IMG/VR virus record: IMGVR_UViG_3300028394_000058
Strand: one strand, 5' to 3'
Source: an uncultured virus (IMG/VR IMGVR_UViG_3300028394_000058)
Taxonomy: Duplodnaviria; Heunggongvirae; Uroviricota; Caudoviricetes
DNA: 64,000 nucleotides
The position numbers and the translations under genes were made by a program. The notes beneath the pieces were generated by a model. The model did not search any database. It worked only from the letters and a program-made list of their open reading frames with translations, and had not been told where the DNA came from. Shown here piece by piece: positions 1 through 7,410 of this stretch; position 1 is the stretch's first letter, and the number at the start of each line of letters is the position of its first letter.

Positions 1-25
1 AAAGATTTTTACAAGGCAATCTAAA

Positions 26-367
26 ATGGAAAATTTAGCATATTACATTGAATTCTTGGGGCTGAAAAGCCCTGTTGAATTGACGTTTAAAACCAAATCC
101 AATAAAACAATGGATGCAGTTTATTATCCTAAATTTTCCAATAAGGGTAATTTAAAAGCGCATAAAATTGTAGTATTCCTGGGCAATCAGGATGTTAATT
201 CACGGCGCACGCTAGACGAATTGGTCGCACACGAATTGATTCATGCTTGGCAACAAGAAAATAACCTTGTTGAATTTCACGGGATTAATTTTGTTGTACA
301 AGCAATTGCAATGGACGAAAAATTTGATTTGCCCAATATTTACCTTGCTGAATTGGACGACGAATAA
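26..367 (+). CDS. SprT-like zinc metallopeptidase-domain protein
   Basis: HExxH motif (AHELIHAWQ) plus a downstream HG..F motif. Confidence 0.6.
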   Translation: MENLAYYIEFLGLKSPVELTFKTKSNKTMDAVYYPKFSNKGNLKAHKIVVFLGNQDVNSRRTLDELVAHELIHAWQQENNLVEFHGINFVVQAIAMDEKFDLPNIYLAELDDE

Positions 368-374
368 TTCGCAC

Positions 375-403
375 TTGATTAACCCATCCCAACCCTGTAT
401 AAT
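375..403 (+). promoter_or_regulatory. sigma70-type promoter
   Basis: TTGATT-17 bp-TATAAT upstream of the GGAG RBS and ATG at 428. Confidence 0.75.
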
Positions 404-427
404 ATTAACTTAACTGGAGAAAACGCA

Positions 428-754
428 ATGGCTGAAAAAACTGTAAACTATACCCCTGAGCAAACCCTGAATTTGATTGCCGATTACAAAAACGGTTTTA
501 CCGTTGAAGAATTGGCTTTGCAAATGGGCAAATCGGTTCGCTCAATTGTTGCTAAACTTTCGCGTGAAGGAGTTTATCAAAAGAAAACCTATAAAACAAA
601 AACCGGCGAGGTAGTTGTTAAAAAAGACGCGCACGCTGATGCAATTGGCGCAATTCTCCGATTGCCGGAAAATGACATTGAATCCCTGACCAAGGCTAAT
701 AAATCGGCATTGAAAGCCATTTTCGACGCATTGGCTAATTCAAAACCCATTTAA
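428..754 (+). CDS. T5 A2/D3-like HTH DNA-binding protein (paralog 1)
   Basis: NYTPEQ...GKSVRSIVAKLSREGVY...ESLTKANK resembles the T5 A2/D3 family; paralogous to 1546..1857 and 2714..3034. Confidence 0.65.
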   Translation: MAEKTVNYTPEQTLNLIADYKNGFTVEELALQMGKSVRSIVAKLSREGVYQKKTYKTKTGEVVVKKDAHADAIGAILRLPENDIESLTKANKSALKAIFDALANSKPI

Positions 755-764
755 TTGGGCGTTT

Positions 765-795
765 AATAAAACCGGCAATTGCCGGTTTTATTTTA
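765..795 (+). terminator. intrinsic terminator / perfect 28-bp palindrome
   Basis: AATAAAACCGGCAATTGCCGGTTTTATT followed by T residues. Confidence 0.75.
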
Positions 796-845
796 TGCAA
801 ATCGTTTTAAAAAATATAATCGTTATATTTTTTAAAACGGCGCCC

Positions 846-875
846 ATTATACTAGTATAATGGGGAACGTGTCAA
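846..875 (-). promoter_or_regulatory. consensus sigma70 promoter with no credible downstream ORF
   Basis: TTGACA-18 bp-TATAAT on the minus strand. Confidence 0.6.
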
Positions 876-984
876 GGGGTTGTGCAAAAATACAACATTA
901 GGGGAAACCCTAATAGTCAAACCAAAAACGCACCCATTTACACCCATTTTTTCGTTATAAATTCTGGAACTATATGGCGCCAAA

Positions 985-1014
985 ATTATACCATAATTTT
1001 GGGGCGCGTGTCAA
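985..1014 (-). promoter_or_regulatory. consensus sigma70 promoter with no credible downstream ORF
   Basis: TTGACA-18 bp-TATAAT on the minus strand. Confidence 0.6.
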
Positions 1015-1239
1015 GCGTTTTGCAAAAATACAACATAGGGACTTTCCCTAATAGGGTAAACCCGTAGGGCAAATTTTGCCGTTGTTTTTTCACCACAGGC
1101 AAATTTTGCCGTTGTTTTTTCACCACACCGGCAAAATTTTCCTTATAAATTCTGGCACTATGCTGCGGCGCAGCACGACCCCAGGCGCGCTGCGCCAGTG
1201 CAAAAACTAGTGCAAATTCTTGCAAGTGCTTACGCCTGG

Positions 1240-1269
1240 ATTATACAGTGGTTGAGCTACCCTTGTCAA
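1240..1269 (-). promoter_or_regulatory. consensus sigma70 promoter with no credible downstream ORF
   Basis: TTGACA-18 bp-TATAAT on the minus strand. Confidence 0.6.
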
Positions 1270-1308
1270 GTCAATATTTTTAGGCGTGGCACAAGCAAAA
1301 ATTCAGTG

Positions 1309-1337
1309 TTGATTCTGCCCGCTAAAGCCTGTATAAT
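1309..1337 (+). promoter_or_regulatory. sigma70-type promoter
   Basis: TTGATT-17 bp-TATAAT. Confidence 0.7.
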
Positions 1338-1367
1338 ATATTCTTAAGTTGATGAGGGAAACCAAAC

Positions 1368-1493
1368 ATGACAGACTTTCAAAATGATCAAGAAGAATGG
1401 TGGCTGGATTGGAAAGACGAACATTTCGATTATCCCCAGTATCCGCAAAGCACGCCAGACCCTAGTAATTTTGATCTTGATATTCCCTTCTGA
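1368..1493 (+). CDS. 41-aa acidic peptide ending NFDLDIPF (not in ORF track)
   Basis: MTDFQNDQEEWWLDWKDEHFDYPQYPQSTPDPSNFDLDIPF; own promoter and GAGGGA RBS. Confidence 0.7.
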   Translation: MTDFQNDQEEWWLDWKDEHFDYPQYPQSTPDPSNFDLDIPF

Positions 1494-1545
1494 CTAGCGT
1501 ATAATAGAATCTTCAACAGCGCAGAAACCAAAACACAAAGGACAT

Positions 1546-1857
1546 ATGATGACTGACAAAACTGTAAACTACACCCCAGAGCAAACCGCTACCATTATCG
1601 GACTTTACACCACGGGTAACTCTGTGGAGATGATTGCCGAGCAGGTTGGCAAAAGCGTGCGGTCGATTGTGGCAAAACTCTCCCGTGAGGGAGTGTACAT
1701 CCCCAAGACCGCGGCTAAGGGTCAGGGCCGGGTTACCAAGGCTGATCTGATCAACCGCATTGCAGTGAAGTTCGATATCGACCCCAATGCAATTGCTAGC
1801 CTGGAAAAGGTTACCATGAGCGGCCTCGAGACCTTGGTTAACAAGTTCGGGGCATAA
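1546..1857 (+). CDS. T5 A2/D3-like HTH DNA-binding protein (paralog 2)
   Basis: shares KTVNYTPEQT and GKSVRSIVAKLSREGVY with 428..754; promoter TTGATA-17-TATAAT at 1477-1505. Confidence 0.65.
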   Translation: MMTDKTVNYTPEQTATIIGLYTTGNSVEMIAEQVGKSVRSIVAKLSREGVYIPKTAAKGQGRVTKADLINRIAVKFDIDPNAIASLEKVTMSGLETLVNKFGA

Positions 1858-1882
1858 GCTCCCGGGGAGAAGAAATTCTGAC

Positions 1883-1911
1883 TTGATTCTTCTCCCCGGA
1901 TCCTGTATAAT
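1883..1911 (+). promoter_or_regulatory. sigma70-type promoter driving the non-coding unit
   Basis: TTGATT-17 bp-TATAAT; the -35 sits within the inverted repeat CCGGGGAGAAGAA/TTCTTCTCCCCGG (1862-1899). Confidence 0.7.
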
Positions 1912-1917
1912 ATTATT

Positions 1918-2540
1918 ATAGACAGTTAGGAAAGAGCTTATCTGAAAGGACAAAGCGCAGATACCGGCATCACGTACCACTACCCCGCCAGCAAGCCAAT
2001 GTATAGCTAGCAATTTGTAGTGCCAAGTACACGGCCGACGACTGTTTGTCTCAGTGGGTGACAGCGGCGCGTTATATATGCAAGCGTCTTAATTGTGGGG
2101 AATTTATGTTAAAGCCGAGCCACAGCCCTGAGCAGTTTACTCAACTTTTGATTTTAGTCAAAAGTCTATTTTAGTGGCTAGTCTATTTTTATGGCTAGTC
2201 TTTTTACGAAATCCTGGACCCTAAGGTTCGCAACCCAGATGGCTACCAGGTGGTTGTAAGCACCCAAACTTACCAAGTTGTCTAGAACTTGTAAATAACT
2301 TAGACGGTGTTCCTCCGGGACCTTACGAGAGGTGTGCAACTAGAGCAGTACTGTCTAGCGGTTAGGCCCGCTAGTAAAATATAGGCTCAGGGTTGATGAC
2401 GCAGTGTGCTAGCGTTTGCGCTAGTTGCTCTGCCAGACCCTACCGCGGTTTGGCAAAGTGTAAACTCGGCTTAACCTGCATTAAAAACTTCTCGAGAGTT
2501 CAAAAACCCGCAAGGCGACGGCTTTAGCGGGTTTTTGTTT
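1918..2540 (+). ncRNA. candidate large structured non-coding RNA (~620 nt), family unassigned
   Basis: promoter-to-terminator unit with no sense ORF of 60 aa or more; long-range complementarities 2112-2119/2465-2472, 2124-2133/2385-2394, 2084-2088/2398-2402, 2078-2082/2477-2481; many local hairpins. Confidence 0.65.
2501..2540 (+). terminator. intrinsic terminator
   Basis: CAAAAACCCGC...GCGGGTTTTTGTTT. Confidence 0.75.
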
Positions 2541-2581
2541 GTCCACAACTTTAACCTGAAAAAATATAGGCGCTTGCGCCC

Positions 2582-2610
2582 ATTATACAGTGTGAAATCA
2601 ATTTTGTCAA
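2582..2610 (-). promoter_or_regulatory. perfect consensus promoter convergent on the ncRNA
   Basis: TTGACA-17 bp-TATAAT-GGGCGC on the minus strand. Confidence 0.6.
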
Positions 2611-2654
2611 CTGGGAATTTTTATTTCTGACCCTAAGTCACGGCAAATCACACA

Positions 2655-2692
2655 AAATAAAAAAGCCCCAACCAAGTTTCCTTGATTGGGGC
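2655..2692 (-). terminator. intrinsic terminator of the leftward D2 operon
   Basis: GCCCCAATCAAG...CTTGGTTGGGGC followed by a U-tract on the minus strand. Confidence 0.75.
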
Positions 2693-2713
2693 GATTTAGG
2701 GTCAGATTTGACT

Positions 2714-3034
2714 TTATTGGGGATTTGGGCAGTTTTGGTGACTTAAACGGGTTTCTATGACCTGAAGAATACCTTTATTTACCTTTTCTAGACTTTCTAG
2801 GAGTTCGGGGTTCATATTTAAGAGCTTAGCGATGTTTTCTATGTGCTCTGACTTCTTGGTAGGCACTTCACCGCGCTTGTTCAGGTAGGCTTTTTTCTGG
2901 TAAACACCTAAACTTGACAGCTTAGCAATGATACTGCGCTCCGGCACCTCCAGATCTTGTGCAATTTTTTGGACTTGAACGCCGGTTTTGTATTGCTCTA
3001 CCAGACGGTCAGTAATTTCTTTAGTATATTTCAA
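2714..3034 (-). CDS. T5 A2/D3-like HTH DNA-binding protein (paralog 3)
   Basis: ERSIIAKLSSLGVYQKK...ESLEKVNK; TTG start with AGGAG RBS. Confidence 0.6.
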   Translation of the reverse strand: MKYTKEITDRLVEQYKTGVQVQKIAQDLEVPERSIIAKLSSLGVYQKKAYLNKRGEVPTKKSEHIENIAKLLNMNPELLESLEKVNKGILQVIETRLSHQNCPNPQ

Positions 3035-3046
3035 GTGCTTCTCCTA

Positions 3047-3835
3047 TTAATCCTCCCAAGGGAGTTTAAGCTCGTCTTGGGGCATTGTTACAATTTCCTG
3101 TTTTTTCGACCCTAAATCAAACACTTCGCCAACCACTAGTGGTTGTGGCATCACATCCCAATTTTTTGGATCTAGGATCATCAGCTCAGTTCTAAGGCTA
3201 GGATGTGCAACCCAAATTTGGCACAACACAGTGCTCAAGAGGGTAGGAGCACCCTGAAAAGGTGTAGCAGCCAGCCCATGCAGTTTCCACTGCGATTGAG
3301 GTTTGTTTTGTTGACCAGCTTTGGCTCCGGTTCTAGCAGTCAACCCAAAGTTTCTGATTTCAATCAACTCCTCTGACCCTAAACCTAAACAATCACCACT
3401 GTACTCCATAACCTCTAAAAGTTCTTTGTGTACTAGGCTATCCAAGCCGGTTAAATCCCAACGACTGTAGGGAATACCCTGATGTCGTTTCATGCCAGCT
3501 AAGATTATGGGGACCAGTTGACTATAATTTCTACCCCACTCCGAACTCTGCGTTTTGACTAAGGTCCCGCGCTTTAGCTGGGTAACTACCCGCCACAAGC
3601 CTATATCCCACTTTGTCTTAATATTCTGCTTTGCTGTCGCCCTAGGGTCTAGGCGTTGGTTGGGGAGTGGGACCGCCTGCCAAGTGCCGTAATACGCGGA
3701 GATTTGGGGCAGCATCCACAAGCCGTAGAGGTTAAGTTGATGCTCCTCAGCCTGTTTAAGCAAATCCTCCTTATTTAAATCATGGTAAGCCTCAAAAGGC
3801 ACAAGTTTAAGATCGTTTGATTTTAATTTTAGCAT
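3047..3835 (-). CDS. D2: T5 D2-like protein
   Basis: YSQLVPIILAGMK...Y.RWD and LCQIWV match the recalled T5 D2 motifs; start placed at MLKLKS. Confidence 0.7.
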   Translation of the reverse strand: MLKLKSNDLKLVPFEAYHDLNKEDLLKQAEEHQLNLYGLWMLPQISAYYGTWQAVPLPNQRLDPRATAKQNIKTKWDIGLWRVVTQLKRGTLVKTQSSEWGRNYSQLVPIILAGMKRHQGIPYSRWDLTGLDSLVHKELLEVMEYSGDCLGLGSEELIEIRNFGLTARTGAKAGQQNKPQSQWKLHGLAATPFQGAPTLLSTVLCQIWVAHPSLRTELMILDPKNWDVMPQPLVVGEVFDLGSKKQEIVTMPQDELKLPWED

Positions 3836-4091
3836 ATACGTATAGATACAATTTGCCTTAGTTGTAGGAAATTTTTTTAATTGCATAAACTTCGAAAACT
3901 TCTACATTGCAAAAGCTAAATTTTATTAACGCTCTCCCCGTGGGGCTCAGGCGAGAGCTATAAAATTTGCTTTTTTATGTTTTCTTGTTTACTTATAAAA
4001 AATTTCTTTGTTTACATCTCACTAGATTTAACAATATTATAGCATATTTATTTGCTGAAGTAAAGGCTGATTTTTAGTCGTGCCTCTGATT

Positions 4092-4367
4092 TTAATGTGA
4101 GTCTTTGTGGCTGTAATAAAATTCTTTGAATGTTCTGGTGTCTAACTTGCCAAAGTCTAGTTCGTAAATCCACACTAACAGGTGTTCTACAATTTGGTCG
4201 CCTAGTATTTCGCTGATGAGTTCGTCATATGCTCGGTATACTGGGCCGTAAATTGAAAGCTGATTGTCCTGGTCTAGGAGGTATACAGCTTGTTGAAGCT
4301 GTTGCTCCATGTTTTGATGTTGACGAATAGTTTCAACGTACTGCTGTGCTACTTTGAATTTATTCAT
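4092..4367 (-). CDS. hypothetical protein
   Basis: ORF in a coupled leftward operon; WIYELDFGK motif. Confidence 0.6.
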   Translation of the reverse strand: MNKFKVAQQYVETIRQHQNMEQQLQQAVYLLDQDNQLSIYGPVYRAYDELISEILGDQIVEHLLVWIYELDFGKLDTRTFKEFYYSHKDSH

Positions 4368-4518
4368 AGTGATGCTTGATTGTCCAGTGTTTGTAGGTTT
4401 CAGGTTCTGTGAGTAGCTCGCGGCTCCATGTGAGTAGCTGCCATTTTAGGTCAGGTTTGTCATGTGGCAGGTTGACTGCTGCTTCGCGCAGCAACTCTGC
4501 CTGTTCAAACTTAGTCAT
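4360..4518 (-). CDS. 52-aa hypothetical protein (not in ORF track)
   Basis: MTKFEQAELLREAAV...KHHYE; start and stop overlap both neighbours. Confidence 0.55.
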   Translation of the reverse strand: MTKFEQAELLREAAVNLPHDKPDLKWQLLTWSRELLTEPETYKHWTIKHHYE

Positions 4519-5003
4519 TCTCGCCTCATAATAGTAATTAAGTGAATTTGGTTTTGATGCCAGTTTTGTGATTCAATCTTAAACTTTCCTTTGAAGCCAT
4601 AACCTTTAGCCCATGTATGGTTATTATCAAAGTAAAGTGGAAAAGTTTCTTCAGTGATAATGTTAACGTGTTCAGGGTCACGAAAAGCTGCCGAGGCTGG
4701 AAACGCAGGTGTAAAGCTGTAAAAGATACCGCCGGGCTTTAGCACACGATAAACTTCATTCATCAACTCCACAAAACTATTACGGCGCTGTGGACAGTAG
4801 ATTACCCTAGGAATATGCTCAATAAAATCATAGGCAGTAACTATATCAAATTCTTCGTTTTCAAACGGAATAGGTTCTATGGCTAGATCAGCAATTTTAA
4901 TTCGTGGACTTTGATAGTCTACAACGTCTATGCCCCAGATTTCCTTGCAATCAAAAATACATTTAGGGTTAGGTCCACAACCCAAGTCTAGTGCTTTATT
5001 CAT
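4515..5003 (-). CDS. class I SAM-dependent methyltransferase
   Basis: LDLGCG motif I; FDIVTAYDFIEHI; RVLKPGG. Confidence 0.85.
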   Translation of the reverse strand: MNKALDLGCGPNPKCIFDCKEIWGIDVVDYQSPRIKIADLAIEPIPFENEEFDIVTAYDFIEHIPRVIYCPQRRNSFVELMNEVYRVLKPGGIFYSFTPAFPASAAFRDPEHVNIITEETFPLYFDNNHTWAKGYGFKGKFKIESQNWHQNQIHLITIMRRE

Positions 5004-5182
5004 TGTTTAAAATGCTCCTTGATAGCTTCAGCTGCTCCAAAACAACTGGTTTGAGTTTTGTTACCACGAAGGCAAATTTGAATGCACAGTTTAACAATGC
5101 TTTGACTATACTTTAGCATATTTTCGTTGTTAATGCCTTGCTGAAAACCTGCTTGTACTTGCAGTTGCTCAAATACTGTCAT
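5000..5182 (-). CDS. hypothetical protein
   Basis: start moved to MTVFEQ; coupled to neighbours. Confidence 0.5.
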   Translation of the reverse strand: MTVFEQLQVQAGFQQGINNENMLKYSQSIVKLCIQICLRGNKTQTSCFGAAEAIKEHFKQ

Positions 5183-5390
5183 GATGGCCTCCGTAGTCCT
5201 CATCAGTACCCCAACCAGCAGTTTTAAAGCTGTAGCCGTCATCGTCGTCGCAATCTGCTTCTTCATGCATATCCACAACTTGTTGCAAGATATTGTTGAT
5301 TAGCTGATTTAGGGTAATGTCCTGCTCATGTGCCATGCGCATTAGCTGAAACATTTCTTCTTCGTTTAGGTCTAGTTCAATAGTTTCCAT
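5169..5390 (-). CDS. hypothetical protein
   Basis: METIELDL...MAHEQDITLNQL; TAATG-type coupling. Confidence 0.6.
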   Translation of the reverse strand: METIELDLNEEEMFQLMRMAHEQDITLNQLINNILQQVVDMHEEADCDDDDGYSFKTAGWGTDEDYGGHHDSI

Positions 5391-5584
5391 TAATGGTAGT
5401 CTCCGTTGCAGTGGCTTACTAGGTAATTGTATACTGGTGTGTGGTCTAGGATCCATTGACCCTCAGGCGTTAAACCTTGAAAAGTTTTATTGGGACTATG
5501 CCACCAGCACTTGCCAAACTCAGGGCCTAGCAGTGCTAGCAGCATTTCATCACAGCGTAGTTTAAGTGTGTCCTTAGTTACCAT
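5390..5584 (-). CDS. Xre/MbcA/ParS antitoxin C-terminal-domain-like protein
   Basis: WWHSPNKTFQGLTP resembles the W..PN....G.TP motif of this domain. Confidence 0.45.
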   Translation of the reverse strand: MVTKDTLKLRCDEMLLALLGPEFGKCWWHSPNKTFQGLTPEGQWILDHTPVYNYLVSHCNGDYH

Positions 5585-5996
5585 TAATATTTTCCTCTGT
5601 AAGAACTGGTGTATTTACATAAACTGCATAACCCGCGGCCAGGGTAAGGGGCAGAGCGATCTGGGGAGCAATACCCGCTAGAATGCCTAGATTATTAACG
5701 GCAGCAGCAGTCCATATAGTAGCTGCTGCTCTTTTTGGATTTTTCTGATTCTCTGGTGCCATTCGATCAATAGCATTAAGAATCAACACTTTAAGTAGCG
5801 TAACACCTACAAAACCTGCAGGATTGAGTTCATATCCTGCTCCTGTTCCAATTACCGCAGCAGTGGTAACGGTGTCAAGCACAGCAGCCTGTTTTGCATT
5901 AGGCACAGTACTACAACCAGTGCTAGCTAGTGACAAAATAATCAGTGTAGTAATAATAAAACGTATACTAATTAATAACTTGCAATCGTTATTCAT
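5574..5996 (-). CDS. putative membrane lipoprotein
   Basis: hydrophobic signal ending LASTGC; further hydrophobic segments. Confidence 0.55.
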   Translation of the reverse strand: MNNDCKLLISIRFIITTLIILSLASTGCSTVPNAKQAAVLDTVTTAAVIGTGAGYELNPAGFVGVTLLKVLILNAIDRMAPENQKNPKRAAATIWTAAAVNNLGILAGIAPQIALPLTLAAGYAVYVNTPVLTEENINGN

Positions 5997-6355
5997 TTAG
6001 TATCCCAAGTAATCTTAGGGTTGTCACGTTCGTATAGTTCTACTAGCTGATCTAGTGTCCACACATCGTCAGTTTCAAAGGTATCTAGCCAACGACCAAA
6101 CCTGCACCAGTCTAGGCTAAGCATGGGCGGCACACCAATCTCTTCACCGTAGGGGTCACCAGTGCCGCGCACATCAATTCTACCACAACTATAGTTGTCA
6201 GTAACTAGTTCAATTGTATAACGCTCACCAGCTTTGCGTCCAGTATAAGGACTGTCCTGTTCTTGTACATGATGTTCTAGTGTGGTCAAACCACGCTTAC
6301 GATACCAGTCTAGGCTTATAGGTCCCATCCAGTTAGTACTATATCTGATCTTCAT
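5993..6355 (-). CDS. hypothetical protein
   Basis: start MKIRYS overlaps the upstream stop (ATGA). Confidence 0.6.
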   Translation of the reverse strand: MKIRYSTNWMGPISLDWYRKRGLTTLEHHVQEQDSPYTGRKAGERYTIELVTDNYSCGRIDVRGTGDPYGEEIGVPPMLSLDWCRFGRWLDTFETDDVWTLDQLVELYERDNPKITWDTK

Positions 6356-6687
6356 GCTACCATCCACTTAATGTCCTCTTTAAGCACAACCACTTCAATG
6401 CCGTCGTACTCACGAATAATAAACTCCTGACCCTCAGGCAGCCAAGTCAGTTTCAGTCCATCAAACCCGCGATAGGTTACATCCGGGTCTGTTTCCTTAA
6501 GATAAAAGTAGGCGTCGTCCTCAGCCTGCAACCGCTCTTGACTGTTGGGCTCAGTATCCTGCCAACGCAGGTACAGTCTGATAAGCTCAGCATCAAACAT
6601 AGTTTCTGGATACCAAGTAGCCCAGGGGGTGCCCCAGTCATCGCTGTGGATTACGGCTACTTGACCGTTAAATACATACTTTTGCAT
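6352..6687 (-). CDS. hypothetical phage protein
   Basis: W.TW...F.IREYDGIE motif; coupled ORF. Confidence 0.6.
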   Translation of the reverse strand: MQKYVFNGQVAVIHSDDWGTPWATWYPETMFDAELIRLYLRWQDTEPNSQERLQAEDDAYFYLKETDPDVTYRGFDGLKLTWLPEGQEFIIREYDGIEVVVLKEDIKWMVA

Positions 6688-6956
6688 TAATTTAAGTTCC
6701 GTTTAGGCAGTTCATCTGGGTCTAGCATACCCAGTAATTTAAGCTGTGTAGTTTCCGACAAACTCTCAAATTCTTCATCAGTTAGTTCACGCGATTCTTG
6801 GGCAAACTTGCCGCTACGAAATGCTTCGTTAATGTGTTTGATCAACTCGTCCAGTTCTTCTTGTGTGCCCTCAAAATCATCAAAGCATCCTGGCGCAAAC
6901 TCCAGCGTCATTTCCTGCATTTCTTCCTGAGTAATGTCATCAAACTTTCGCATCAT
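6687..6956 (-). CDS. acidic hypothetical protein
   Basis: LEFAPGCFDDFEGTQEELDELI; AGGAG RBS. Confidence 0.6.
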   Translation of the reverse strand: MMRKFDDITQEEMQEMTLEFAPGCFDDFEGTQEELDELIKHINEAFRSGKFAQESRELTDEEFESLSETTQLKLLGMLDPDELPKRNLN

Positions 6957-7233
6957 CAGACTCCTGCTTTTTATTTAACAACCATGTCATATGCTCAATT
7001 TCATCCCAGTAGAGCTGCAGTGCGGTAACACGGTCTACTTGATACAACTCCATAACAAATTCTAGTGCTTGTTTGTTCATCAGTCCGACTCTCCAGTAGG
7101 TACACCAGTGCACACAAGAATATCTGCAAGCATGTACAGTGCTTCAACAATCTCGGCATCAGTTAAAAAATCTTTAAGGGGACTACCACACTGTTCCTGC
7201 CATACAGCATGGACAACTTTTTCTGCTAAATGT

Positions 7234-7410
7234 TTATTCACCGCGCAACTCCTTATCCTGTTTGCCTACTTCGTATGCAGCTTTAAGCCACGGCAACATC
7301 TTATCGTACAATTCCTCGTTGCCGTCTAAGTCGTCTAGGAATCGCTCGGCACGAAAACCAAAGCCTTCCAGCTCATAAAACCAGGCGTAAAATGCTTCTA
7401 GTTTATTCAT
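7234..7410 (-). CDS. hypothetical protein
   Basis: start moved to MNKLEAF; WFYELEGFGFRAERF. Confidence 0.55.
   Translation of the reverse strand: MNKLEAFYAWFYELEGFGFRAERFLDDLDGNEELYDKMLPWLKAAYEVGKQDKELRGE

Larger units (their letters stand above)
803..1270. repeat. non-coding block of palindromes, direct repeats and minus-strand promoters
   Basis: 17-bp-arm palindrome 803-839; 22-bp palindrome 843-864; inverted repeat 977-1007; tandem 30-bp repeat 1068-1127; TGCAAAAATACAACAT twice; TTATAAATTCTGG.ACTAT twice. Confidence 0.85.

Noticed and set aside
1068..1142. 30-bp direct repeats as a CRISPR array
   Set aside because: The copies are directly adjacent with no spacers, there are only two full copies, and no cas genes are present
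882..1225. ORF-track entries 882..1067 (+) and 986..1225 (-)
   Set aside because: Non-ATG starts, no RBS, and the translation merely mirrors the DNA repeats
1513..2013. 166-aa minus-strand ORF
   Set aside because: Antisense shadow of the A2-like gene and the ncRNA 5' end; no RBS or recognisable motifs
1918..2540. Group I/II intron or hammerhead identity for the large RNA
   Set aside because: No interrupted gene, and no recognisable group I P7/R-S, group II domain V or CUGAUGA/GAAA core by eye
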